A stretch of DNA of 64,000 nt from the IMG/VR virus record IMGVR_UViG_3300042321_002027; one strand, given 5' to 3'. A model generated the notes under the pieces. That model ran no database searches, was not told the origin of the DNA, and saw nothing but the letters and a program-made list of their open reading frames with translations. This DNA is from a virus. Positions within the stretch are counted from its first letter, which is position 1. The number at the start of each line of letters is the position of its first letter. A program made the translations under genes and the position numbers. Positions 1 through 9,684 of this stretch are shown here, piece by piece.

Positions 1-60
1 GTTCAGCTTTTTGGCTATTAAACATAAACAGCACACGACTCCGAGCTTGTTCTGCGAGCA

Positions 61-363
61 ATGGAAAAAGACGAAAATCCACTAGCTGTGTTTCACCCAG
101 CTAGTATGGCGGTCTGTGCGCTGTTTGCCGATAAAAGATTAACAGCTTTCCGAAATCATGAAAGACCGCTATACTATTATTCTGATGATCGTGTAACGAT
201 CTTTGCATCTACAAAAGACATTTTAAAGCGCAGCGGTATCCCTAGTTCAGAAAAAACTAGAATGTTCGAAATTTATAATGTAAATAACTTTAAGCTCAGT
301 CATTTTGAAGTGGCTGATGATAAGTGGCTTAAAGAAACATTCAATATTGAGGATTTACAATGA
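61..363 (+). CDS. C-terminal part of class II glutamine amidotransferase-like protein (5' end damaged or outside window)
   Basis: FRNHERPLY motif and upstream in-frame DSELVL; directly precedes an amidoligase; two in-frame TAA at 19-21 and 25-27. Confidence 0.55.
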   Translation: MEKDENPLAVFHPASMAVCALFADKRLTAFRNHERPLYYYSDDRVTIFASTKDILKRSGIPSSEKTRMFEIYNVNNFKLSHFEVADDKWLKETFNIEDLQ

Positions 364-1283
364 AGTATTATCACCCAAATACATTTACCTATGGTTTCGA
401 AATCGAGTGGGGCGATATAGATCGCAAGATGCAAATTCCTGAAGAACTTGGTTCTTGGGAATATTGCGAAACAGATATTATTAATGAAAGAGAACCTTAT
501 CGTGGTCTTGGTTCAGACCCGAAAGGAATTAATCCGCCAGTCGGCGGCGAAATTAATATGAAACCTACAAAGACTTGGCAGCATCAAGTTGATAACATCA
601 TGAAGGTTAAGGAGCTATTTGATGCGCATGGAACTTCTCCTACTGCTGGTTGTGTTAATCACGGTCATCTTCATATTCACGTTCCAGGTTTGATTGAAGA
701 TATTGACGCTCTAAAGCGTTTGATGCGTTACATCAAGGAAAATCAGCACATCACTATGGATCGTGTTTATCAGTTTAGAGTCTATCCTAATATGACACAG
801 ACAAAGACTGCAAAGACTTATTTGAAGCATGATGGTGGTCGTATTGCCCCTAATTGGTTGCTTGAAAATCTTGCAACTGTTCCTGTTGACTTTGAAGATT
901 GGCTTCGTGTTCATTGTTGTGGTAAGGATGCTAAAATTCAATCTCGTCCTTTCCGCTATGGTATTCATACCTATGCTTTGAAGAACTCAAAGACTGTAGA
1001 GTTTCGTTGTTTCCGTAGCTCTATTGATCGCCGCGAAATTGAAGACAGCTTCCGTTTCGCCACTGCCTTTATGGATGCTGCGCTTAACAACGGACCTGAT
1101 GTGCAGGAAATCCTTTTTTCTTATGATTACAAGTTCCCTCCATTTACATATGATCACGAATTGTACATGGGTTGGGAAAAGACCAAGTATGAAAGAACTG
1201 ATCGTAATCTAGACAATGAAACGGCTGAAAAGCTCGGTCTGAATGTTCTTGGTAAACAGCGCAGATTTTTAGAAGCAATATGA
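360..1283 (+). CDS. putative amidoligase (COOH-NH2 ligase, Amidoligase_2-like)
   Basis: GFEIEW, GGEIN, GHLHIHV, TVEFRCF motifs. Confidence 0.75.
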   Translation: MKYYHPNTFTYGFEIEWGDIDRKMQIPEELGSWEYCETDIINEREPYRGLGSDPKGINPPVGGEINMKPTKTWQHQVDNIMKVKELFDAHGTSPTAGCVNHGHLHIHVPGLIEDIDALKRLMRYIKENQHITMDRVYQFRVYPNMTQTKTAKTYLKHDGGRIAPNWLLENLATVPVDFEDWLRVHCCGKDAKIQSRPFRYGIHTYALKNSKTVEFRCFRSSIDRREIEDSFRFATAFMDAALNNGPDVQEILFSYDYKFPPFTYDHELYMGWEKTKYERTDRNLDNETAEKLGLNVLGKQRRFLEAI

Positions 1284-1909
1284 TCTACAAAACGCTTGAC
1301 AAAAACGATTATTTAAAGTATCATAATACTCTTATAGGAAAAGATTTCAAGTTCTCTAAAGTTGCTATAGGAATGTGGGACTTTATGAAAGCTTGGGAAG
1401 ATTGGCCTCCGAGAGTATTAGAACTAAACGGAAATATTCTTTCTGTTTGTTTTATGAAGATTTCAGGCCAAGCAAAGTCAAAAGTTCTTTTTATATCAAA
1501 TATCTTTACTCCTGCTTCTGGCAGGGGTAAAGGTTCTGCACGAGAAATGTTACATCGTAACATACTAGAGGCTGTAGAAGCTGGCGCAACTAGCATTCGT
1601 TTAGATTGTAATAAATCTGCTCTTGGTTTTTATGATAAACTTGGAATGACTTATTGGGGAACAACCATCAGTCATTCGATGTTTTGTGATTTGCCAATCA
1701 ATGATAAAGGCGTTGAATGTTTTAAACAAACTACAAATATGAGTTCTTTAGAAATACTTAATTCATATCCGCAAGAATTGCGTAATGCTAAGATAAAGTG
1801 GATTATGAAGAAAGTAAAGAAACATAAAGAGTTTGATTTTGAGCATCCTTCTAGATATAATGAATTTATGAAATGCTTTTTTGATGACAAAAATACAATC
1901 ACAACGTAA
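1280..1909 (+). CDS. GNAT-family acetyltransferase
   Basis: RGKGSAR acetyl-CoA motif A and N..ALGFY.KLG motif B. Confidence 0.7.
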   Translation: MIYKTLDKNDYLKYHNTLIGKDFKFSKVAIGMWDFMKAWEDWPPRVLELNGNILSVCFMKISGQAKSKVLFISNIFTPASGRGKGSAREMLHRNILEAVEAGATSIRLDCNKSALGFYDKLGMTYWGTTISHSMFCDLPINDKGVECFKQTTNMSSLEILNSYPQELRNAKIKWIMKKVKKHKEFDFEHPSRYNEFMKCFFDDKNTITT

Positions 1910-2873
1910 GCAAGACTTTATTAAATGGTATAAGTGGTCCTTATCTATTAAGGATTGCGACCCTGCTATCTTCATGACTAACTATTTGTTCGATCGTTTC
2001 GAACATAATACGGAGCAAAAACTATGGATCTCTTGGATTTATGGCACAACCTATTATCTCCCAACAACTTGGGTGATTTGGAATGAGTTCCCCGACATGG
2101 AACTCGTTGGAGTCGAACGCCTCCGCGAATGGAATAATAACAATTACAAACGGCTCCGTTATCAAACTGACACCAAGTGGAACAAAGGTCATCTTCCAGC
2201 CCAGTTCGAAAGTTACAAGCAATGGGTTGGTGATCGCACTCAAAAAGAAACCTTCGATCCCTTCCTTGAAGGATCAGCAAGAGAAAACTTCGACGGACTT
2301 TGGTCAGAAGTAAAAACAAAGTTCCATAAGTTTGGTCGTTACTCAACTTGGTTTTATATGCAAACACTCAAACAGTGTTGTGGTGTTCCCATTGAACCTC
2401 CACATTTGATGCTTGACGATTATGATGGAAGTCGTTCTCATCGTAACGGTCTTGTTATGGCTCTTGGGCTTGACGATTGGTATGATAAGAAACTTACCGA
2501 TCAAGAGATTAACTATCTTGATGGTCAAGCATATTATATTTTGCAGGAAGTTAGAGAAGAGTTTCCAAACACTGATTACTTTGATATGGAAACTTGTCTT
2601 TGTTCATTCAAGAAGCTATTTCGTGTCAGTCGTGGGCGTTACCTTGGTTATTACCTTGATCGTCAAGCTGAAGAAATTAAACAGTGCGAAAACGATGATT
2701 GGTTTGGTATTGATTGGCAACCAATGTGGGACGCTCGTAAAGAAACACTAAATAATAAACTGTTGACTAATAAGATTGATGATAGTAAAATGGCTCTGTA
2801 TAGCCAAAATAATATATTAGACGCGACAGGTTTGTTCGTACAAAATAAAATTGGTCTTGAAGAATTTATGTGA
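1881..2873 (+). CDS. alpha-glutamyl/putrescinyl thymine pyrophosphorylase clade 2 (amino acid:DNA transferase)-like
   Basis: DCDP N-terminus, FGRYSTWFY, ETCLCSFKK, RYLGYYLDR motifs; next to P-loop kinase. Confidence 0.7.
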   Translation: MMTKIQSQRKQDFIKWYKWSLSIKDCDPAIFMTNYLFDRFEHNTEQKLWISWIYGTTYYLPTTWVIWNEFPDMELVGVERLREWNNNNYKRLRYQTDTKWNKGHLPAQFESYKQWVGDRTQKETFDPFLEGSARENFDGLWSEVKTKFHKFGRYSTWFYMQTLKQCCGVPIEPPHLMLDDYDGSRSHRNGLVMALGLDDWYDKKLTDQEINYLDGQAYYILQEVREEFPNTDYFDMETCLCSFKKLFRVSRGRYLGYYLDRQAEEIKQCENDDWFGIDWQPMWDARKETLNNKLLTNKIDDSKMALYSQNNILDATGLFVQNKIGLEEFM

Positions 2874-2879
2874 GGTATT

Positions 2880-3416
2880 ATGAAAGTAATTGCTATTGGT
2901 GGCGAGCCTGGATCAGGCAAAACTACCTTGATGAAAGAAATTATTAAGCATTACCAAGTTACACCAAACTATGATGCTTTCAAGCTTGTTCCCTACTTAC
3001 AAAAAGATAATATCTATATCCTAGGAAAGTACGAAGAAGGCGAAGTATTTTCTGGGACAGATCGTATGAGCATGGCTGTTCAGCCAGAAGCTATTAAGTT
3101 TCTTTCTTCAATCCCGTCAAATTCAGTTGTATTGTTCGAAGGCGATCGCTTGTTCACTGCTTCTTTCCTTGAGCATTGTTTAGACAAATATGATCTTAGT
3201 ATCATTTATCTTTCAACAACAAAGCAAATTCGCGAAGAAAGATATAAGGAACGTGGAAGCAATCAGAATGAAACGTGGTTACAAGGGAGAGAAACAAAGA
3301 TCTCAAACATCATGTCTAATATGACATTGATGTTCAACACCTTCAAGTATGTTAATAATACTCTTGAAGAACAAAATCATATTTTAGACATAGTTTATGA
3401 AATGGTAGGTAAGTGA
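2880..3416 (+). CDS. P-loop nucleotide kinase (modified-base pathway)
   Basis: GGEPGSGKTT Walker A, GTDRMS, FEGDRL. Confidence 0.7.
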   Translation: MKVIAIGGEPGSGKTTLMKEIIKHYQVTPNYDAFKLVPYLQKDNIYILGKYEEGEVFSGTDRMSMAVQPEAIKFLSSIPSNSVVLFEGDRLFTASFLEHCLDKYDLSIIYLSTTKQIREERYKERGSNQNETWLQGRETKISNIMSNMTLMFNTFKYVNNTLEEQNHILDIVYEMVGK

Positions 3417-3829
3417 TGATTTGTACTGGTAATTGCAATTGTGATTGTGATAGTGATAATGAATATATCTTTGACGAGAGTGGGTTTATTATAGGTAAGG
3501 CTGCTCCAGTCAAAGAATATATTTTTGATGGAAAAAACAGTGAATTGAACTCTTTGTCGTATAAATACGCTGAGGATAAGATTCTAGCTGACCTCAAAGC
3601 ACATTTAGACGCAACGTATTCTGAACACTATATGACAGAAGATAAGTCTATTGAATGTTTTGATGCCTGGATTGCTCTTGGAGATTCAACTCCAACATTT
3701 CGCAACACTGCTATTAAGTATCTTTGGCGTTATGGTAAGAAGAACGGAAGCAATAAGAAAGACTTGATGAAGGCTTTGCACTATATATTCATGTGTCTAT
3801 ACGTAGATCATTATAAGGATGGTAAATAA
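3413..3829 (+). CDS. DUF3310-like protein (T7 gp1.7-type nucleotide kinase family)
   Basis: HY...IEC.D...AIKYLWRYGKK...DL.KALHYI. Confidence 0.65.
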   Translation: MMICTGNCNCDCDSDNEYIFDESGFIIGKAAPVKEYIFDGKNSELNSLSYKYAEDKILADLKAHLDATYSEHYMTEDKSIECFDAWIALGDSTPTFRNTAIKYLWRYGKKNGSNKKDLMKALHYIFMCLYVDHYKDGK

Positions 3830-4737
3830 TGGAAATTAAGATTGAAATAGAAACTCTAAGAAAGAACGGACTGTTTCTAGCAACACCGATGTATGGTGGC
3901 CAGTGCGCTGGTATGTTTGCTAGATCGGTGGCAGATCTAGCTGCTATCTGTTCTCAGAACGGTATTCCCCTTCAGATGTATTTCTTGTTTAACGAGTCGT
4001 TGATTACTCGCGCTCGTAACTATTGTTGCGACGAGTTTATGAGATCGCCTTCACAGCATCTCATGTTTATCGACTCTGACATCGGATTTAATCCTCATGA
4101 TGTCATTGCTCTCATGGCTCTACAAGCAAACGAACCAGAGAAGTATGACATTGTTGGTGGACCTTATCCCAAGAAGTGCATCAGCTGGGAAAAGATTAAG
4201 ATGGCTGTTGATAAGGGTGTTGCCGACGAAGATCCTGGAGTTCTTGAAAAGTTCGTTGGTGATTATGTGTTCAACCCAAAGAACGGTCAAGGATCTATTC
4301 AAATTTCTGAACCTTGTGAAGTTCTTGAAATCGGCACAGGCTTCATGATGGTCACAAAGGCTGCAATGCAGAAGTTTGCTGATACATATAAGGAAATGAT
4401 GTATCGTCCTGACCATGTTCGCACTGAGGCTTTCGATGGAAGCCGCGAAATTATGCAGTTTTTCCAGGCAGAAATTGATCCTAAGTCTAAGCGTTATTTG
4501 TCTGAAGATTATTGGTTCTGTCAGAAGGCGCAGGAAGCTGGTCTTAAAACTTGGTTCTGTCCATGGATGAAGATGCAGCACGTTGGTACTTACATCTTTG
4601 GTGGCTCTCTTGCTGATCTTGCTGCTATTGGTGCAAGCGCAACTGCTGATCCAGGAGCTTTAAGAAAGAAGGCACCAAAGCAAGATGAAGCAGTTGAGAA
4701 TGCAAGACAGGGAAAACTTGAAGCGAAGTATTTGTGA
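3829..4737 (+). CDS. GT-A fold glycosyltransferase-like protein
   Basis: ATPMYGG, ESLITRARN, FIDSDI (DxD), LSEDYWFC. Confidence 0.65.
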   Translation: MEIKIEIETLRKNGLFLATPMYGGQCAGMFARSVADLAAICSQNGIPLQMYFLFNESLITRARNYCCDEFMRSPSQHLMFIDSDIGFNPHDVIALMALQANEPEKYDIVGGPYPKKCISWEKIKMAVDKGVADEDPGVLEKFVGDYVFNPKNGQGSIQISEPCEVLEIGTGFMMVTKAAMQKFADTYKEMMYRPDHVRTEAFDGSREIMQFFQAEIDPKSKRYLSEDYWFCQKAQEAGLKTWFCPWMKMQHVGTYIFGGSLADLAAIGASATADPGALRKKAPKQDEAVENARQGKLEAKYL

Positions 4738-4796
4738 TTGCTATTTAATAGCTTTTATAGTATGATTTTATTGTGATAAACATTATGGAGAATAAT

Positions 4797-5450
4797 ATGA
4801 AGATTTCGACTAATACGCTGAATGTTCTTAAGAACTTCGCAAAGATTAACCCATCAATTGTTGTACAAGAAGGAAATGTTTTGAAGACCATTTCTCCTTC
4901 AAAGACAATCATGGCAAAGGGTAAGGTTGACACTGACTTCAGCAAGAAGTTTGCTATCTATGACCTTGACCAGTTCATTTCAACTGTGAGCCTTTTCAAC
5001 GATCCTGAGTTGAGGTTTGGCGACAAGTCGGTTGAGATCTTTGACGGAAACAAGAAGTCTCAGTATACCTATGCTGAAGAAAGCACTATCACAAAGGCTC
5101 CTGATAAGGAGATCAATCTTCCATCAGTTGATGTCAGTTTTACTTTGACCAATGAACATTTGAGGGATGTTGAGAAGGCTGCTGGTGTTCTTTCACTTCC
5201 TGAAATTGTAGTCTTTGGCGATGGACGCAATGTTTTCCTTCAGGCAGCTGACACTAAGAATGTGACAGGAAACATTTATTCTATCAATATCGGCGATACT
5301 GATAAGACTTTCAGAGCTATCTTTAAGTCCGAAAACATTAAGATTATCCCTGGAGATTATGAGGTAACTATCAGTTCTCGTGGTATCTCTCACTTCTCTG
5401 GTAAGGAAGTTGAATACTGGATCGCGGTTGAGCAAAGCTCAACATTCTAA
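4797..5450 (+). CDS. 45: DNA polymerase sliding clamp (T4 gp45)
   Basis: MKIS..TL.VLKNFA.IN.SI, FAIYDL..F, YWIA.E; start after GGAG RBS; synteny with 44/62/regA. Confidence 0.92.
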   Translation: MKISTNTLNVLKNFAKINPSIVVQEGNVLKTISPSKTIMAKGKVDTDFSKKFAIYDLDQFISTVSLFNDPELRFGDKSVEIFDGNKKSQYTYAEESTITKAPDKEINLPSVDVSFTLTNEHLRDVEKAAGVLSLPEIVVFGDGRNVFLQAADTKNVTGNIYSINIGDTDKTFRAIFKSENIKIIPGDYEVTISSRGISHFSGKEVEYWIAVEQSSTF

Positions 5451-5457
5451 ATGAATT

Positions 5458-5482
5458 GGGGAGCTTCGGCTCCCCTACTTTT
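5458..5482 (+). terminator. rho-independent terminator with UUCG tetraloop
   Basis: ggggagc-ttcg-gctcccc followed by T-rich tail. Confidence 0.75.
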
Positions 5483-5490
5483 GTTATATT

Positions 5491-5763
5491 ATGGAGATTT
5501 CGATGAAGCGTGACCGTGTTGTGCCTAGAGTTACTAGGCATGTTTCGAACAACGTAACTAATACTATCTTTTCCGCTCTTGGTCTCGAGGGCAAGGGGTA
5601 TAAGCTGAAACCTTGTACTTACTGTGGTGAACACAAAATATACAGCGATTTTTATGTTAAGTCAAACAGACAACATATTCATCCTGACAATATCCAAGCT
5701 AAAGATCTTAGAGGATATTGTATACCTTGTTATGACGAATATCATTCGGGAAGGAAAAACTAA
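5491..5763 (+). CDS. hypothetical protein with two CxxC pairs
   Basis: CTYC...FY...CIPC; true start may be 5503. Confidence 0.55.
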   Translation: MEISMKRDRVVPRVTRHVSNNVTNTIFSALGLEGKGYKLKPCTYCGEHKIYSDFYVKSNRQHIHPDNIQAKDLRGYCIPCYDEYHSGRKN

Positions 5764-6701
5764 TGAACGAAGAATTTTTGTGGGTAGAAAAGTATCGTCC
5801 TAAGACTATTGAGGACACTATCCTTCCGGTTGACCTGAAGGCAACCTTTCAACAATTTGTTGATCAAAAGAATATCCCAAATCTGATTCTATCTGGTACA
5901 GCTGGAGTTGGTAAAACAACGGTGGCTCGTGCTATGCTTGAGCAGTTGGGTTGTGATTATATTGTAATTAACGGATCTATGAATGGTAACATCGACACAC
6001 TTCGTAATGAGATTCTCAACTTTGCCTCAAGTGTATCTCTCAGTGGTGGACGAAAGTACGTTATCCTTGATGAGGCAGATTACCTCAATGCCAATTCAAC
6101 CCAGCCAGCCCTTAGAAATTTCATGGAAGAATTTAGCAGAAACTGCGGGTTTATCCTTACATGCAACTTTAAGAACCGAATCATTGAACCGCTACATTCT
6201 CGGTGCTCTGTCGTAGACTTTAAGATCGGCAAGAAGGATATGGCAAAGCTTGCCGGACAATTCTTTAAGCGGGTTGAGACAATTCTCACAAACGAGAATG
6301 TCTCTTACGACAAGCCAGCTGTAGCTGAGATCATTCAGAAGTTTTTCCCCGATTGGCGTCGAGTTCTCAATGAACTCCAGCGTTATGCTGCTACAGGCAA
6401 GATTGACAGTGGCATTCTTGCTAACCTTCAGCAGACTAGCATCCGCGAATTAATCGATATGATGAAGGGAAAGAATTACACCGAAGTGCGTAGGTGGGTC
6501 AAGAACAACATTGATACAGACGTTAACGTTCTGTATAATGAGTTCTATGATAATGCTTCTCAGTTCTTTACGCCGAAGAGCATTCCTCTCTTGGTTACTT
6601 TGATTGCCAAGTATCAATATCAAAATGCATTTGCAGCCAATGCTGAAATCAACTTTGCTGCTTTCCTTGCGGAAGTTATTATAGAGGCGGAATTCGTATG
6701 A
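5763..6701 (+). CDS. 44: clamp loader large subunit (T4 gp44)
   Basis: WVEKYRP, GTAGVGKTT, DEAD, SRC motifs. Confidence 0.95.
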   Translation: MNEEFLWVEKYRPKTIEDTILPVDLKATFQQFVDQKNIPNLILSGTAGVGKTTVARAMLEQLGCDYIVINGSMNGNIDTLRNEILNFASSVSLSGGRKYVILDEADYLNANSTQPALRNFMEEFSRNCGFILTCNFKNRIIEPLHSRCSVVDFKIGKKDMAKLAGQFFKRVETILTNENVSYDKPAVAEIIQKFFPDWRRVLNELQRYAATGKIDSGILANLQQTSIRELIDMMKGKNYTEVRRWVKNNIDTDVNVLYNEFYDNASQFFTPKSIPLLVTLIAKYQYQNAFAANAEINFAAFLAEVIIEAEFV

Positions 6702-7171
6702 AATTTTTAGATGTAACTTTGCAGCAAAGAAAGGACCCAGAGCCTATTGAGGAAAAACTTACCGAGGCCAAATATGATTGGTGTTATGAAAACAGCGTCA
6801 ATTTCGGTAAAGTGCATCTAGATGTAAAGAGTCAAGAATACAAATATAATAAATGGAGAACCAATGGTTCTCTTTCTAATTTTTTAGATACGGTGTTCTA
6901 TGCTAACGAGATGAATATGAACTATCATATAACAGATCAGATGCATTACGACTATCTTTTTCATAGTATCAGAAAGACTAAAAGGTTTAACAAAAAGAAA
7001 GAGTTAGACAAGAGGCTTGAGAAGCTACAGAAAGAGGAAGAACAAAACCTTTCCCTAATTCAAGAGTATTATAAATATAATACAGCCAAATCTAAAGCTG
7101 TACTAAGAGTTTTAACAGAAGCTCAACTTGATATAATAAGAAAAAGATTAGAAAAAGGTGGAGTTAAATGA
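6698..7171 (+). CDS. 62: clamp loader small subunit (T4 gp62)
   Basis: ANEMN...YDYL..SIRK.KR, EYYKYN..K; synteny. Confidence 0.88.
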   Translation: MKFLDVTLQQRKDPEPIEEKLTEAKYDWCYENSVNFGKVHLDVKSQEYKYNKWRTNGSLSNFLDTVFYANEMNMNYHITDQMHYDYLFHSIRKTKRFNKKKELDKRLEKLQKEEEQNLSLIQEYYKYNTAKSKAVLRVLTEAQLDIIRKRLEKGGVK

Positions 7172-7575
7172 ATGAATTACTTGAAAAATTAATTGAGGTG
7201 AAGATAGGCGAAGAAGAAGATTTTCTAAAGATTAAAGAAACCTTAACTCGCATCGGTGTAGCTTCTAGAAAAGAAAATAAGTTATATCAGTCTTGTCATA
7301 TTTTCCATAAACAAGGAAAGTATTATATCGTACACTTCAAAGAGATGTTTATAATTGATGGTAAACCCTCTAATTTCTCCGACGAAGACAAGGGTCGCAG
7401 AAATAAAATTATTGAGTTGTTACAGGATTGGGGTTTACTTAAAGTAGTCGATTCCGAAAATATTAAAGATCCATTAGCCTCTATAAGTCAAATTAAGATT
7501 ATCAGTCACAAAGATAAGTCTGATTGGATTCTAGAAGCAAAATACAACATGGGACGAAAGAAGCGTAATGACTAA
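7168..7575 (+). CDS. regA: translational repressor RegA
   Basis: DFLKIKETLTRIGVAS, LYQSCHI.HKQGKYYIVHFKE. Confidence 0.95.
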   Translation: MNELLEKLIEVKIGEEEDFLKIKETLTRIGVASRKENKLYQSCHIFHKQGKYYIVHFKEMFIIDGKPSNFSDEDKGRRNKIIELLQDWGLLKVVDSENIKDPLASISQIKIISHKDKSDWILEAKYNMGRKKRND

Positions 7576-7753
7576 AACTTGCAAAGAAATAGCTAGAGAC
7601 ATTGAAGAGTTGAAACGCAAACTCCAACAAAATCGTTTGGTTGAAATGGCTTTAGTTGATTTCTTTGAGAGGAAAAAGTGTCTATCTAATAGTGCCACAG
7701 AAACGTGTTTAAATTGTAATTGTTGGAAAAGTGTGAGAGAAAATCGTATATGA
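7568..7753 (+). CDS. hypothetical protein
   Basis: ORF coupled to regA. Confidence 0.45.
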   Translation: MTKTCKEIARDIEELKRKLQQNRLVEMALVDFFERKKCLSNSATETCLNCNCWKSVRENRI

Positions 7754-8106
7754 TGAAAATGCCATGGAAAGTTGAAAAGAAACCTCAGACTACTGCAGAA
7801 CAAAAGTTAGAAGAAATTAAAGAAATATTATTTCCCCCTCTAGAACTTCGAGAAGAAGTTACTCCTGATGGAGACATTATTAAGTATCATATAGACTACT
7901 CAGTGGACTCTAATATTGATGCTGCTTTAATGGATTTGTATGGTGGAGAGAACGATCCAATTGTTCAAGAAACATTAAACAAGTCTATTTCTAGACTTCA
8001 TAAAGTTAGAAAATTGTTAGAAGCATATGCCGTCTTTGACAAAGATGCCAAATACATAATCGTTGATGATGGAAAAGACGATGAAGTCGAAGCAAGAGAA
8101 GATTGA
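7720..8106 (+). CDS. hypothetical protein (start probably near 7750)
   Basis: ORF track. Confidence 0.55.
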   Translation: MLEKCERKSYMMKMPWKVEKKPQTTAEQKLEEIKEILFPPLELREEVTPDGDIIKYHIDYSVDSNIDAALMDLYGGENDPIVQETLNKSISRLHKVRKLLEAYAVFDKDAKYIIVDDGKDDEVEARED

Positions 8107-8281
8107 CGAATTCGTTTTATCCTTACAAAAGGTTATCGATATTCGATATAAGATCAATAAAGAAACCGATCTTTGTAACCACACTTACGTCATTAAAAAT
8201 TTAAACCCGATATACGGGTTGCAAAAAACTGCTCTAGAAGAAGCTATAAAAGATCTGCTTGACAATAATTCGGAACCATAG
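8063..8281 (+). CDS. hypothetical protein
   Basis: ORF track. Confidence 0.4.
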   Translation: MMMEKTMKSKQEKIDEFVLSLQKVIDIRYKINKETDLCNHTYVIKNLNPIYGLQKTALEEAIKDLLDNNSEP

Positions 8282-8288
8282 TATACTA
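8260..8288 (+). promoter_or_regulatory. sigma70-type promoter
   Basis: TTGACA-N17-TATACT. Confidence 0.75.
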
Positions 8289-8312
8289 CTCCTACGATAG
8301 GAGATTAAATGT

Positions 8313-8717
8313 ATGACTATGCATCTACTTCCTGCATATTACACGACTACGAACTCTAAGAAACGTAAGAGCAAGCCCAGTAAGTCTGATGTCGAACATC
8401 AGAAATGGTTGGAAAAGCGCGGACTTTCCCCCAATCAGTTGAAAGCAAAGAAAAAGCTTGACATTAATTGGCAAGAAGAGTATACTAAGACTATAAAGGT
8501 TGAAAGAAAGTACGAATCTGTCGAGATGTCTGGATCTAGAGATTCTTGCGCGAAGAAAGATATTATGACTCGGCTCCATAAAGAGCCGGAACATGTTCGC
8601 AAAGAGATTCTAGATAAAGCTTCTCGTGTTATGCCCCTCTATAATAAGGGTGGCTTGCAGTATTGTACTCCTGAAACTGATATAAAAACTGTTGGAACAA
8701 AATCGAGGCGCGGATGA
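8313..8717 (+). CDS. basic hypothetical protein typical of T4-like phages
   Basis: GGAG RBS; MHLLP.YY...PLYNKGGLQY. Confidence 0.7.
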   Translation: MTMHLLPAYYTTTNSKKRKSKPSKSDVEHQKWLEKRGLSPNQLKAKKKLDINWQEEYTKTIKVERKYESVEMSGSRDSCAKKDIMTRLHKEPEHVRKEILDKASRVMPLYNKGGLQYCTPETDIKTVGTKSRRG

Positions 8718-8911
8718 GTAAATTAGTTGTTGACTTTATTTGTAAGATAGGCGAAGATATAAACATAAAGATGATTGATAACGGATTTCTTATAGAGATA
8801 AGCGGTAGAAATACTAACGATGATTGGAAAACTGTTAAGTTGGCTTGCTCGAATCGAGCTGAGCTCAACGCACTACTCGACCAATGCTTCAGCATCGATC
8901 GGGACAACTGA
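8714..8911 (+). CDS. hypothetical protein
   Basis: coupled ORF. Confidence 0.55.
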   Translation: MSKLVVDFICKIGEDINIKMIDNGFLIEISGRNTNDDWKTVKLACSNRAELNALLDQCFSIDRDN

Positions 8912-9086
8912 TTTCGGTAATATCGAAATCCAGCTCCAGGACGATACTGGTAACTGGCGAACTGGTCATGTTACACGCAATATCCCAGCGATGATTGTCG
9001 CTGCGATGGAACAGCTTGCTTCTCAATATCCTGGAAAGCGGGTGCGTGCTGTGAATAGTGAAGGACGATTAATTGATATGCTCTAA
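8820..9086 (+). CDS. hypothetical protein (start uncertain)
   Basis: ORF track; C-terminal RVRAV...GRLIDML. Confidence 0.45.
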   Translation: MIGKLLSWLARIELSSTHYSTNASASIGTTDFGNIEIQLQDDTGNWRTGHVTRNIPAMIVAAMEQLASQYPGKRVRAVNSEGRLIDML

Positions 9087-9140
9087 AAAAGAGCTTGATT
9101 TTAATTCGTCTTTAGTTTATAATGACTAAATAATGTTGAA

Positions 9141-9422
9141 ATGGAGAAACGAATGAATATGACTTCTACAGCTACTGATCGAGTTTACGAAGCCCTTGTT
9201 CTAAAGGGTGAGGAACTCACAGCCAAGCAGATCTCTGCTCGCTATAATGTAGCCAATCCTTATAATACTGTCTATACTCTCCGTATGGAAGGCTACCCGA
9301 TTTACTTGAATCAACATACAGATTCAAAGGGTCGCGTGACTCAGAAGTATCGCTTTGGTACACCATCACGTAAACTAATTGCTGCAGGATACAAGGCTCT
9401 TGCCGCAGGTCTCGTCGAATAA
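9141..9422 (+). CDS. winged-helix/HTH-like DNA-binding protein
   Basis: G.ELTAKQI..RY....P...V..LR..GYPIY; own promoter and terminator. Confidence 0.6.
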   Translation: MEKRMNMTSTATDRVYEALVLKGEELTAKQISARYNVANPYNTVYTLRMEGYPIYLNQHTDSKGRVTQKYRFGTPSRKLIAAGYKALAAGLVE

Positions 9423-9442
9423 AGGATCTTAAATAGGTTCTT

Positions 9443-9472
9443 AAAGGCGGGACGAAACTCCCGCCTTTTTTT
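9443..9472 (+). terminator. rho-independent terminator
   Basis: aaaggcggga-cgaaac-tcccgcc followed by T7. Confidence 0.8.
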
Positions 9473-9476
9473 ATTG

Positions 9477-9505
9477 TTGACTTTAAATACTGTCTAAAGT
9501 ATAGT
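9477..9505 (+). promoter_or_regulatory. sigma70-type promoter of tRNA cluster
   Basis: TTGACT-N17-TATAGT. Confidence 0.75.
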
Positions 9506-9560
9506 GTGTAAAGTGAATGATAAAGCTGCTGATTGAAATTGTTGATCTGAGATAACGAAA

Positions 9561-9681
9561 GTTATCTCTTCAGAAACCCACCGAGGCATTGTAGCTACTG
9601 CCTTTGTGGTGGACACAGTCGCGCCTTGTGGCGTTCAAGATGGACGGTTCGAATCCGTTGGTGGGTTTCTGAAGTGATAAC
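9561..9681 (+). ncRNA. tRNA-like structured RNA on a long closing stem
   Basis: cttcagaaacccacc/ggtgggtttctgaag 15-bp stem (extendable to about 22) enclosing hairpins and a GACGG-TTCGAAT-CCGTT T-arm; no CCA. Confidence 0.55.
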
Positions 9682-9684
9682 ATT

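Noticed and set aside
1-60. Two in-frame TAA codons in the GATase frame (LFGY*T*TAHDSEL) as ochre read-through
   Set aside because: At the window edge and not seen elsewhere; sequence error or a damaged gene is more likely; needs read data
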